A DNA stretch of 64,000 bases from the human T2T-CHM13v2.0 reference genome, Homo sapiens, in NCBI RefSeq assembly GCF_009914755.1, contig NC_060931.1; one strand, 5' to 3'. Below the pieces are notes generated by a model, which saw nothing but the letters and a program-made list of their open reading frames with translations, was not told the origin of the DNA and did not search any database. Both the position numbers and the translations under genes were made by a program. Positions within the stretch are counted from its first letter, which is position 1; the number at the start of each line of letters is the position of its first letter. Positions 1 through 12,812 of this stretch are shown in pieces.

Positions 1-676
1 TTGTCATCACCTTAGTAATCAATTGAGTTTCTTACACATCCACTTGCTACCCACTCAGTATCCAAAAGTTGGGGCCAAGGCTGGGGGTGGCTGACGTGCA
101 TGAAGTCAATGAAGCAGCATCCCTTCCCAAATGTTAGTGGGCACTCCAGCACCTCAGCAGGCTTAGGTTGGAACCCCTGGATCTTGCACTTACACTAGCA
201 AATTCCAGAAGCGGCCATGGATGCCAGAGCCACAAAACATTAAATCAACTGTCAGGCATGGCAATGAGTACCTGGTGGCTTCCAGAGTGCATGTGTCCAC
301 CGTGGTCCTCACAGTTGGTTCCTGGCAGAAGTTAAGAAGTAAATTTCCAGCTTTCTTAGCACCTGCCCGTTCCTTCTGCTGTGACCTTTCCCCTCCATGC
401 CTTCAGGTGCCCAGAGCTCCCAGATGCCCCTCCTACATCCTCTCGCTGCACAACATAATTAACCAGGGGAAATGTCCACGAAGGTGCCATTAAGGTGTCC
501 TGCAAATATGTATACTAAGGTGCTTGTTATTCTTCCCCAGGTTTTAGTCAGAGCAGTGAGTAAGGCAGGGATGAAAAACAGGAATCAGCCAACCAGCTCC
601 ACTTGTTGGGAAGGCACTGGCTGCAGTGCTATGGATGAGAAGGGTTCTGAGGCCAAGTGCAGGTTCAGCAGGAAAG

Positions 677-1174
677 AACATCATGAGTGATTAACGGATG
701 ATGTCATGAAAGTCATAAGCGATTGATGGATGACGTCACAAAAGTCATGATGTCATTAACATCATGAGTGATTTATGATGTCATGAACATTATGAGTGAT
801 TGATATATGATGTCATGAACATCATGAGTGAGTGATTAATATGAGCAACTTCAAGAGTAATTGATGAATGATGTCATGAGGGTCATGAGTGATGATATAA
901 TGAAACATGAGTGAGTGACTAATGTCAGGCACATCATGAGTGATCGATGTTACGAATATCATGAGTGATCGATTGATGATGTCATGAACATCATGAGTGA
1001 ATGATTAATGTCATAAATGTCACAAGTAACTGATGTCATGAATGTCCTGAGTGATTAATGACATGAGCATCATGAGTGATTGATGCCATGGATGTCATGA
1101 GTGATTGAAGGGTGATGTCATGAATGTCCTGAGTGATTGATGATGTCATGAATGTCCTGATTGATTAGTGATGT
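677..1174. repeat. Degenerate ~28-32 bp minisatellite (TGATGTCATGAACATCATGAGTGAT-like units)
   Basis: Many visible copies of TCATGA, TGATGTCA and GAGTGAT. Confidence 0.9.
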
Positions 1175-2407
1175 GTGTCACCCACAGTCATGGGGGAGCA
1201 GGTGGCAGCCACATGCCATGCATCTATGATGTTTGGTGTAATCCCCTGAAATGAATGAACACCTCCACATGGTGAGACTTCAGATTCCATATTATCCAAG
1301 ATGACATACATTTGGAAGTTTGAGATTTATCCTAAAACTCACCTTGTACTGCAGAATGAGGTGAAGGGGCTTATTTTTTTAAGGGCCTAGACTCCTGAAG
1401 CATTATGGCCAGCCAAAATAGAAGTGACAGCATGTCACTTCAGAGAAGAGAAAAGGGCATGCATGAAGAGACGCAGATTGAGACTCGGTTACCTGAAGGG
1501 ATGGAAATGGCTGTCATGGAAACTCTCCTGAGGGAGGCTGTTGCCCAGGGTTTCTAACTGAAGGGCACCTCTTCTGTCATACATCTTTTGAATGAGGGAG
1601 AAGAAATCTCCAGATCCTTCCAGAGTGGCTCAGGGGTGATACTGATTCACACCCCTTCAGAGTGCTGGATCAACAGTGTAAGCAGGCATGCCCTTTGCAT
1701 GATCCCAACATAGGAATTAAATATTCTACTGCTGGTCAAATTATTTGCTAATAACTCATGCCTAACCGTAAATGAGTAGTCCCAGAGCTAGAAAAATAAT
1801 ACATAGTTTGCGTCTTCATTGATAAAACTGTCTTATTAGCTTCAAACATGTAGGGTGCTATTGACTCCCAACAGCAAATTTGAAAACAAATGGTTTGGTT
1901 CTACAAACTAGTTAATCCTCTAGACATCTCTTATATCAAAATTTCCAAGAAATTTACCTCAGCTGCCCTTTTTAATTTTGAATTTGTCCAAGTGAATGTT
2001 TAGAACCGGTTTGAAGCTCCTTGGAGCATTGCTGGTGTGTTTGTAAGAACATCTGTTCAGTCTCTCAAACATTTGGAGCCATTCCCTTTGAGGCTGCATG
2101 AACCAAGAACAAGGAAAGGGATTCTCAAGGCAGGTTATATTGTTAATGTAAGTGACATGAATACTCTGGAACATGTCACACTCTTCAGTAAATGCTACCA
2201 GACACCACGCAAACCACTCATATTCCTCCTCAGTAACAACCAAACAAACATCTTCCATGGAAAAGAAGCTTCTCACTTTGCCACTCAACACCTTTCCCAT
2301 TCCTGGGCAGTGGCAGGTATGCTGAACCTGGTACGAGTGTGCCTTTCTACATCAGAGGCCATGTCCTGCAGTCTTTCATCTGAAATGTCCATTAAAAATA
2401 AATAATG

Positions 2408-2722
<315 letters not shown>

Positions 2723-3899
2723 CAACTCAATAAATAATGACTCTAGAATGTGTCCATTCCTTTTATCCTTGTTGCCCCAGCTCTGGGTAATAAAAGCCAT
2801 TTTGTTACTGGTCAGTTTTCCTGTGAGATTTCCCACTAGCCAGTTCACCTTGCTTCTGCCTGAATATGACCAGATGGTATTTCCTAAAGAATATCTCTCT
2901 TCAAAATGGCTTCCAGAGCACATACATTTCTCTTTTTTCTAAGTAAAATGATAGAAGAAATAAAACAAAAACAAAAACAAAAACAATGCCACTGGGCCAC
3001 TAGGAAGGGGCCCCAATGGACTAAAATGTTGAAGAATTTTTGTAAAGTAAACATAAATGGTTCACTGTTAAAGTGAAAGCCAGACACAAGGGAATGTAAC
3101 ATAATTGGCAAAAGACATGATTATAAAATGAAGACCAAAAAGAAGTTTGTTTTTTTAGAATTCTGAATTGTGGAGCACCTGTCAGAGTAGATGCTGCCGC
3201 CTCCCATTTTTGCCCCTAAGACAAAAGGAGACTTGGCCAGGGAGACTTCCAGAGTGGACGGTGGGGCTGGAAGGGGAGCTGTGCCGCAGGTGGCCACAAA
3301 GCCAAGGCCCCAAGCACTGCAAGAGGCCCCCTCATCCCTTCATCACTGCCCTGTCTCCACCTGGCATCAGAATCCGCATTCACGGAGGGAGTGGCTCTAT
3401 GGCTGCTGAAGCCATGTGTCCACAGCCTGGGCCCCACCTGGACGAGAGTATAGCCAACAGGGCACCACTGCAGCACACGGGACACGCGAAAGGGAGGCCT
3501 CAGACCGAGCGCCTGGGAAGGAAATCCCTGGAGAAGCATTTTAAAGATCTTGTCCATCTGCTGCAGCCAGACCGACTGTAAATATCCTCCGAGAGATTCC
3601 AGAAGGCGTCACCTTTACCACACAGAGCGGTAAAGAGTGGGCTGCTGTGAAAATGAAGGAAGCTGACTGCTCAAGACTTACAATATTTACAAAACAAATT
3701 TTTGTAATTCAGAAGAAGAACTGAATAGGTAAAGTAGTCAAATACCCCAGTTGCCCCCAAAAGCCTGGATCACGCTGACGTAAATGAATACGGCTTCTTA
3801 ATTATTTCTAGTGCTTCTTCCCTTCACTTCCTGAAGTGTTCTTGTTTGGTCAAAATTATGAACAGAACAACACCAGAAAGTGCCCTAGAAAATACAACC

Positions 3900-4205
3900 A
3901 AAAGGCTTCCCAGAGGACCCAAGAACTGGACAAAGATGAACATTCAAACACTTTTGAGAGCTATGAAAAATAGATCCAACGAATGTAATCTCTTGGTAGA
4001 GGCTTTAGAAGGAGAGATTGGGGAGAAGGAAGGGGGAAGAAATAAATCAAGATATGATGGAAAAAAACTTTCCCCATGCTTTTGAGTCGTTAGGGAAAAG
4101 AAACCTAATGAGTGTAATTCTAAGAATTTTGGAGAAGATCTAACGATACATACCTCCTAATAAAACTTGACAATTCAAGTTTAGAAATTATATAAGATTA
4201 CAGGC
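3900..4205 (+). mobile_element. Ancient L1/HAL1 ORF1 remnant
   Basis: Translation MKNRSNECNLLVEALEGEIGEKEG...KLSP resembles the L1 ORF1 DRSRRxNIRIxGVPEGEE...ENFP segment (judged by eye). Confidence 0.5.
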
Positions 4206-4877
4206 AGGGCTCAGTGGCTCATACCTGTTAACTGAACCAACTAATTAAATATAGACTGGCCCCATGAAACGTGTTCTTCATGTTTACTGAAAGCATATTC
4301 TTAAGGCCGGTGTTGGGGATGCCCTTCTGGCTACTGTACTTCAAGATGTTCTCTGCAGAGGGTCATTTGGAATAAATTTTCCTCTGGTCTCAACACCAGG
4401 AATGGTTGAGCTTCTCATAACCTATCTAATGGGCTGTGAATTGTGTTTCCCTAAACTGTGTTGGCTGCTAGAGAGCTTAGCATGAAATGTGTGGCATATG
4501 TGGGTAGGTCTTTATAGCACACATTTTTAATCTTTTTCCTGATGTCTTTTCTTTTTTCTTTTTACATTGTTCTGATAGCCTCACTTACTCATTTTAAGCT
4601 TATTTTATTTTTATCTGTGCATTCATATCATCCTTATCTGCCTTCAGTCCTTTTTGCCACTAGATCCAACATGGATAGACAGATAATAGATGAGAGGGAA
4701 ATGACTGACCGATTGATTGGCAGGTAGGAAAATTAAAGTACTCTTAGCCTAGCATTCAAGGCTGCATACAATCTGGCCACATCCTACTTATCCAGCCTCG
4801 TAATGACACTACTCCTCTATCAGAGCTTTCAAACACTTTTAGAGGCACAATCAGTTTTCAAATGAAATGTTAAGTGA

Positions 4878-4992
4878 ATATATATATATATTTTTTTTTC
4901 TGTATATATATATATATATATATACACATATATATATACACATATATATATACACACACATATATATATACACACACACATATATATATACA
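4878..4992. repeat. (TA)n/(TACA)n microsatellite
   Basis: Direct reading. Confidence 0.95.
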
Positions 4993-5483
4993 GAAAAAAC
5001 ATGGTGTTTTGTTAGTATTAAAATGTTTCCTCAAGTCAAAGTATAGCATTTGCTTTTCAGTTCAATCAAAGGAAACAGTAAGACCATTTTGGTGACTACA
5101 AAATGTAAACTACTAATTAAGAGATACAGGTCCAAGTTACAGCCTCTTGTTAATCACCATCATCCTCCAGGAAATTCACAGCAAGGCTTTGCAGACCCAC
5201 AGCGGTGCTTCCGGTTAAAAGCCAGTGTGGAATACATGTCTCAAGCTTCCCTGATGTTATTTCTGTACCTGTCAAACTAGCAACTTATTTAAATATCTGA
5301 TACAACCTCCGAGATTCAACCTCATAAACTTTCTCTGGTGACATCCTCGCTCCCTCCTTCCCTGGAGCTCTGAGGGCATTTTTTGCCTTTACGCCGTTGC
5401 ATCTTGTCCATCCCTTTACAAATGCTGAGCTCCCAGAGGCAAGACTGTTTCACTGATATCTGTGCAGCAGCCTTATAGTAGAC

Positions 5484-5819
5484 TGTCTTCATCCATCTGG
5501 GCAGCTGTAACAAAATACCATAAACTGGGCAGTGTCTAAACAGCAGAAATTTATTTCTCACAGTTCCAGAGGGTGGGAAGCCCAAGGCCAAGGCAACTCG
5601 GTGTCTGGTGAGGGCGTGCTATCTCGCTGCGTCCTCACATGGTGGAAGGGGCAAGGGAGCTCTCTTGGGCCTTTTTTATTAAAACCCTAATCCTATTCAG
5701 AGGCCTCCACCCTCGTGATTTAATCATACCCTAAGGCCCGACCCCCTAACACTGTCACCTTGTGGGTAAGGATTTCAACAGAGGAATCTAGGAGGGACAC
5801 AAACATTCAAACCATAGCC
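5484..5819 (-). mobile_element. MLT1A-type MaLR solo LTR
   Basis: Reverse complement begins GCTATGGTTTGAATGTTTGTGTCCC and contains CTGTGAGAAATAAATTTCTGCTGTTTA; near-duplicated flanks TAGAC/CAGAC. Confidence 0.85.
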
Positions 5820-5959
5820 CAGACTATGTGTAGCTGACGCTGTGCCAGATTGCGATATTCACTTTGTGGGTTCAGGGGACAAGAAGACCCAGTGAAAGCT
5901 TGTAGGGACCTTAGGGACCAAAGCCAGTGACAGTGTCAGCCCCCCGCCCCCAACGACTT

Positions 5960-6262
5960 CATCCACACCTCTGCTCACAGATGCCTCCCTGGCACCCTCT
6001 CAAAGGCCCCACCCTAATTGCTCTCTAGCCCTCATCCTGCTCTTCCATCCTATTTCCTGCTCCTCATCCTGTTTTCTCTCTTGCACGTTTCACTCCTGCC
6101 ATTGATTTTTCTGTGTATGTTTTCAGATGCCCATCTTCTCCACTGGCGTGTAGTTCAGTGAGTATAGGAACTTTGTTTGACCCACCACTTTGATCCTGAC
6201 ATCTAGTGCAAGAGCTGTGGCATAGTGTCCTCCATAAATTAGCATTTTTAAATGGATGAATA
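5960..6262 (+). mobile_element. L2 3' fragment (further L2 pieces near 4730-4810 and 5300-5480)
   Basis: Degenerate L2 3' end finishing ...aaatggatgaataaa. Confidence 0.6.
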
Positions 6263-6559
6263 AAAGCTGCACTACCATACTATACTTTGGGGCCAATGCA
6301 GACCTAGGTTAGGGTCATAATCTTACTCTAGAACTTCCTGGAAAATAAGTTAATACACACGCCATTTTTAGGTTACAATGAAAGCTGCTTCTCATATTGT
6401 GAGTAGCCAAAATATTCTTTAAGACATTATTTTTTTTGCCCTCGTTTATAAAAGCCTGCTCACAAGACCTGGAAGTGTGAACACTGATTTAATTTTTTAA
6501 ACAGAAATGTTGTAAACAATGAAAGAGAATCAAAAACAATTAAAATAATGCAATATGCA

Positions 6560-6656
6560 GTTTGACCCAGGAGTTTGATGCTGTGGTGAACTATGATGGC
6601 ACCACTGTACTCCAGCCTGGGTGACAGAGCAAGATCCTAACTGTAAAATAATAACC
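6560..6656 (+). mobile_element. Heavily 5'-truncated FLAM/AluJ monomer
   Basis: Only the 3' ~90 bp is present, flanked by a 15-bp TSD ATAATGCAATATGCA (6545-6559, 6657-6671). Confidence 0.85.
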
Positions 6657-6794
6657 ATAATGCAATATGCAATTTTAAACCCTATACTTAATGCACAGTA
6701 AATGGGTCTGAATGAATTTTCAAAGTGAATACATAGACCTTATTGGCAACTTTATATGTGTCTTCTCTATTACTTCAGAGGGAAGTACTGGTGC

Positions 6795-7052
6795 CTGCGG
6801 ATAAAGTTTTAGGGAGACAGATTTCAACTTAACATAAAGAAAAAGTCACTAAAGTCCTAACCATCATTGTATGGATCTCATCGTGTGTAATATATGGACA
6901 TACGGTGAAGGTGGACATGCCAAACTCTCGTCCCAGGAGTTCTCCAGGCAGAAACTAGAGGACCAGTGATAGGCACGTTTGTGTAGGATCCCTTTTTGGA
7001 TTATTTTGGACTCGATGGACTAAGGTCCTTGCCAGTTTAAGAGTCTGTGATT
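6795..7052 (+). mobile_element. L3/CR1 3' end fragment
   Basis: Ends ggactcgatggactaaggtccttgccagtttaagagtctgtgatt, resembling the CR1 3' terminus. Confidence 0.65.
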
Positions 7053-7511
7053 GTTCTTCTCTGATACTGACTCAATAGAGCAACTTCAGGGCCCATTGCA
7101 GCACCCAGGCAGATCCGGCACCTTCTCCAAAGATCTTTCTCTCTGCTCCATGCAGTGGTGCTGATGGTAATAATAAAAAACCGAATGCATGGAGAGATAC
7201 TGAAGTGCATCCTGAATAATCATCAAAATTCATTGCATGTATGAAGTCAAAATTTATATTTGCAAACTTTGTTGAATTACCCATTTTGAAAAGTTGATCT
7301 TTGTCAGTCCCTCAAGACAAAGTCAATTCCATTCTTCTCCTTAGTGGCTATTGGTGAAAAGTCTGTTTCTTAGTTGTAGATCAGGAAACAGTGCTGCTTG
7401 ACTAGAGGATTCCTCGCCTTACACAAAGACTGCTGACACATTTTGGTCAACAGTAAAATACCTATTCATCTCTTCCACCCATATTTCAAAAGTAGATAAC
7501 TTATTCCTTAA

Positions 7512-7857
<346 letters not shown>

Positions 7858-10764
7858 TAATGCTTAGTAAAATGAATTAGAAGAGGTGGGAAGTATCTAC
7901 TAGCTCCTAACAAAAGTTTTTACTTTAGCTATGAAGACATAAAAAGAATCAGTCCCAAACTTAATTATTGATGCTAATGAGGAGGAAAAAGATGAGAGAA
8001 AATCAGCTGCTTCCCTGGCTGTGCATTTCTGCTTCAGCAATTCCTTGTTGTTTAAGAGAAAGGTGGCAAACGCAGGTGCCCACTGCAGCCAGAAAGGAAT
8101 GGAAATGAGTGAACCCCTCTTTGTGTCATATAACGGAGGCCACTGGAGAGAACCCCCGGTCTCTGACGGGAACCGTTGTGACTCAGCTCTGGTCAGTCAT
8201 TGCCATTCAGAAATTGTTAGATTGCCAGTTCTTCCAGTATTTCAGCAGAAGTACTAAATCCATATTTCCATATAAAAATATGATTTTTAAATGTTGACAA
8301 CCCATTACAATTTGAAAAATATTTCTTTTGGCGAAATGAAACACCTGCAGGCCACATCTGGTCCGCAGGTGACCAGTGAGTGGTGTTCACTTGAATCAAT
8401 ATACCAGATGGCCAAAGAGGACTTCTTCCTGTTTCTCAGCCTTGCTTACAAGCTACTCACTTGGTCATTAAGAAATCACCAAAGCTTATGTAGCCAGAGG
8501 GAGCCATAACAGAAGTGGATGTGCTTAAGTGTCAAGGATCCAACCTGGACACTCAGAAATCCACAATACTTTTTATACTGCTCTGTATGTAAGACTATTT
8601 TAAATCTACCTGTACTGAATTCTGAGCTATGCAACAGAGTTGAGTAAGACAGTGTTCATAGTAATACATTTCTCCCACTTCAGCACGCATAAATTGTCTT
8701 CCAAGAAAAGGGATATTTGTCACTTATTCTACCAGCTGTCAGTCAGTCTTCCCTTGATGTTCCGGGAAGCTCTTTGGCCCCTCAGTGCCTTCGTCACCGA
8801 CGTGAGCATCTGTCCATGTGAGGAAAAGAGAATGCTGCCACGACAGGGGTTGTGGTGACTGTTGAATCTGCTTTTGCTGCCTCAGTGTTGAGGAAGCCAG
8901 GGCCCAGGACTTGCGCATGGCTAGTTAAGAGTGGGGTCAGGACTGCTTCCCGTGCCCCAACTGCCACACTGCTGTTTCTCCAATGTCATTCTTCTCATTC
9001 ATATTCTGGTTAATTCAGTAGCTGGTCACTGAGGCTTTCTGTGCTTGGCACACAGCACGTGGAGAAGGAACAGGAAACAAACCTGCAACATTCCCTAAGG
9101 GAAAGGTAGAAAACAAAGATCAGGGTCACACATTTATTCTCACAAGGCCTGTTGGTTTCATGAGCACCAGTTTTATAGCTTCTCAAACCAGGGCTAGCTC
9201 ACATCTAGGTAAGAAGGTAGCAGATGGTGGTTCCAGCCGCTCATCCCACCACACAGAAACTTATATCCTAGTGAGTAACTGCAGAGGAATCAGTCCAGAA
9301 GGGAATTACTTCACCCTACGTTTCACAAACGCAAACCCATGATCATTACAAGAATGGGAGCTGCAACTAATCATAAGGATTGTGAGCAGTTCCAATCCTG
9401 CACATTCCGAGTTTGGCACAGTGTATGAGTTTAATAAATATTTGAAGCCTTCAAATAGGAACAAAGAGTTTTATGGACACAAAATATGTCTTAAGTAACT
9501 GTTGAGAAAAGAAATGTTGGCTTAGCTTTAGATAAAGTCTCTGTCTTCCTATACCACTCTTTATCTTCTAGACATTAAATTGGGTGTATATTCTTGGTCA
9601 ATATCCCATATTAAAAATGTACTCCCTGAAAATATTAGCATGGGTGACATTTTCCTTTGTAATCCTGATTCCTTGGCCAGTTTCCTTGTTATCTTCCCAA
9701 CTGTCTCCTAGCTGAATTGTTCAGTGGTTATTATTTTACGGACTCATGGAGATTCACAAGGAGGAAGATGTCCATTTCTCCACCAACACCCAAAGGCTTC
9801 TTGAGAACCTCCCAGTGATGAAAATCGAGAGGGTTTCTATGTGCTAGAGCTACAAATCAAACATGGAACAACAACCTTCTCCTCGGCACTGTTGTCCAAC
9901 AGCAACGACAAAGCCTAAATAGGGCAGAGAAGGGAGAGATTCGAAAAATGAATTAGAAAAATCTCCTTACAAAGTGCTTTCTTCAGGAAATGTGGGACCA
10001 AAGAGGCCTGCAGTTTTTTCTCTTAATGGAGATAAAGTAGGATCATCCATGTGCTTAAAATAGTCACATGCAGAGAAAAATGAGCAGAGACGTCTGGCTA
10101 AATGTTACATCTGCTTTCACTTTCATTAATTTTCTTGCCCAGAAGAAGGTATTAGTTAATGTTAGACAGCTGTCGAATGATACACCACTTTAAACACATT
10201 TTTAAAGCCACTATTTCATAGTTTGTAGCTGTAAGTCCATCAGAGTGAGACAACATGAACATGAATATGGAGAACCTAGAAACACAACATAGCATCTATC
10301 ATAGTAGACATCATCTCCTAGCACATAGTTTAAGCTACGTTGACAAGAAGTGTCTGAAGTTTTTATTACTTGCTTCTACTTAGAATGGTAATATAAACTA
10401 TTTTTAAATCAGATGTTACGGGCATATGAGATACATAATCTACACTGAAATCCACCCCCTCCCAGACACACACACGCACACACACACACACTTGAAGACA
10501 CCCACTGGATTTTGAACATCTCAATCAGCTCTTCCCCATTCTCATCCTCTTTCTTATCTGTTTCTTTTCCCTCTTCCTCCTCCCCTTTTCCTCCCTTCCC
10601 CTTCCCTTCCCTTCTTTATTCTTCTGACCAATTCAGTCTCAAAGCCTTTAGCTGGGTGAAGATAGGTGGGCATCTGCACAGAGAAGTAGCCCCGCATGGG
10701 CTGCCTGAGCTCAAGCCAGGAGGTGGAGGCATCTGCCCGCCTGGGAGCACCTGGGCTGTGGAGT

Positions 10765-11105
10765 CAGCCCTGGGCAGGAAGAGAGGGCGTCTGCGCAGAG
10801 GGGCAGCCTGTCGTGGGAAATCAGAGCCTAAGAGTAAGGGATGCGTCTCTTGGAAAGGATGGCCCACTGGGGGTGTTTAAGCCCAAGCAGAGTGAGGAGG
10901 GGGTGTCTCCCAGAAAGGACGGCTGGCAGGGGGGTGGTGTCGCAGCCCAAGCAGAGTGAGGAGGGGGTGTCTCCCAGAAAGGACGGCTGGCGGGGGGGGT
11001 GGTGTCGGAGCCCAAGTGGAGTGAGGAGGGGGTGTCTCCCAGAAAGGATGTCCTGTGGGGGGGTGTCAGATCCCAAGCGGAGTGAGGAGAAGGTGTCTGC
11101 AAGGA
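10765..11105. repeat. G-rich VNTR, ~61-65 bp unit
   Basis: CCCAAG..GAGTGAGGAG units start at 10882, 10946, 11011 and 11072, with degenerate copies upstream. Confidence 0.9.
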
Positions 11106-11219
11106 GAGGTAGCAGCGATGGTGATGAAAATGTCTTAGACTCAGGAGCTAGATCAAGTAAGAACAGTAAAGAAGATGAAAACCCAGTTTCTCCCTGTTGG
11201 GGATGGAAGTCACACATAT

Positions 11220-11620
11220 GGGGAGGTGGAAACTGGGGGCACACCTGCGTGGTGCTGGACTGGAACTGGGGGGAGTGGAGTGAGTCCCTGTCTTTCTAAA
11301 CGCAGCGCTGAACTTTCAGCTGAATCTTCCTGGGACTATTTGCAGAACTTGAATGGGGTGTGAAGATTAGCCTGTAGGAGTGCGCCTGTGTGAATTTCCT
11401 GAATGTAACGGTAATGCTGTGGTTCTGGAGGAGAACGCCTTATTTGTGGGAGATACACAGCCCCAAGAGCATTTGGGGAAGATGGGGCATCAGCTCAGGG
11501 ATTCCTTCTCAAATGCTTCAGGGGGCAAAGTCCTTTGCCCTGTACTTGCAGCTTTCCTTAAGTTTGAAGTTGCTGTAAAATCTTTTTTTTTTAATTAGAT
11601 AAAATTTTACAAAAATGAAT
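11220..11620 (+). mobile_element. L1MC/L1MD-type 3' UTR fragment
   Basis: gagaacgccttatttgtgggagatacacag...gtacttgcagctttccttaagtttgaagttg matches old L1 3' ends. Confidence 0.65.
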
Positions 11621-12309
11621 AAACTGTGTGCCTCGCAAAGGAATTGAGCGTGAAGGTCACTAGCTTCAGGTTGGAAAGTGCTCTTCCCTGTCACCAAGCG
11701 TGCAGCCACCGGCAAATGACAAAGTCTTGTTCTCAAAAACTTAAAAAGTTTTCTAAAGAAATAGCTGCTAAAGAAAATGAGAAGCCAGATAGAAAAGGCA
11801 TTGCCTAGTTTATTCCTCTCCATTTGAGACATTTTCATCTTCTCTAATATATTCCAGCGGGCTACATTAAACACCTAAGCAGATAGAATGTGTACATGTT
11901 CTAGTAATCGGTATATTTATTTCATGAAGGTCATTATGCTAGAGTATGATCATTATAGTTCAGGCACAAAATCTAACCATGTTTCCCCTGGGCTCTGACC
12001 CATGCAGATGTCAGTATGCCTCCACAAGGACCATCTTCCAGGTAAACAGGTTACACTTAGCTCAGCTTTAAGATGGCCATAAATCTTAAAATCATGGCAT
12101 ACTGACTTTTGTTTCAGAGTCAACTCTCAGTAGCCTACACACCTCAGAATTCGTTTTTTAGTTTTTCAGCCCTACTTTCAATTATTTACAGTGCCCTGAA
12201 CATCAAATACAGTCTCGGTCTCGTACCTTTGTAAGTCATGCTATCATCAATAATGCAGATAATTGTATTTTGAAATGCCTAATTATAATTCACATTTATA
12301 TTTATATTA

Positions 12310-12812
<503 letters not shown>

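Noticed and set aside
677-1174. CRISPR-like appearance of palindromic repeats
   Set aside because: Eukaryotic context, no unique spacers, no cas genes; it is a minisatellite.
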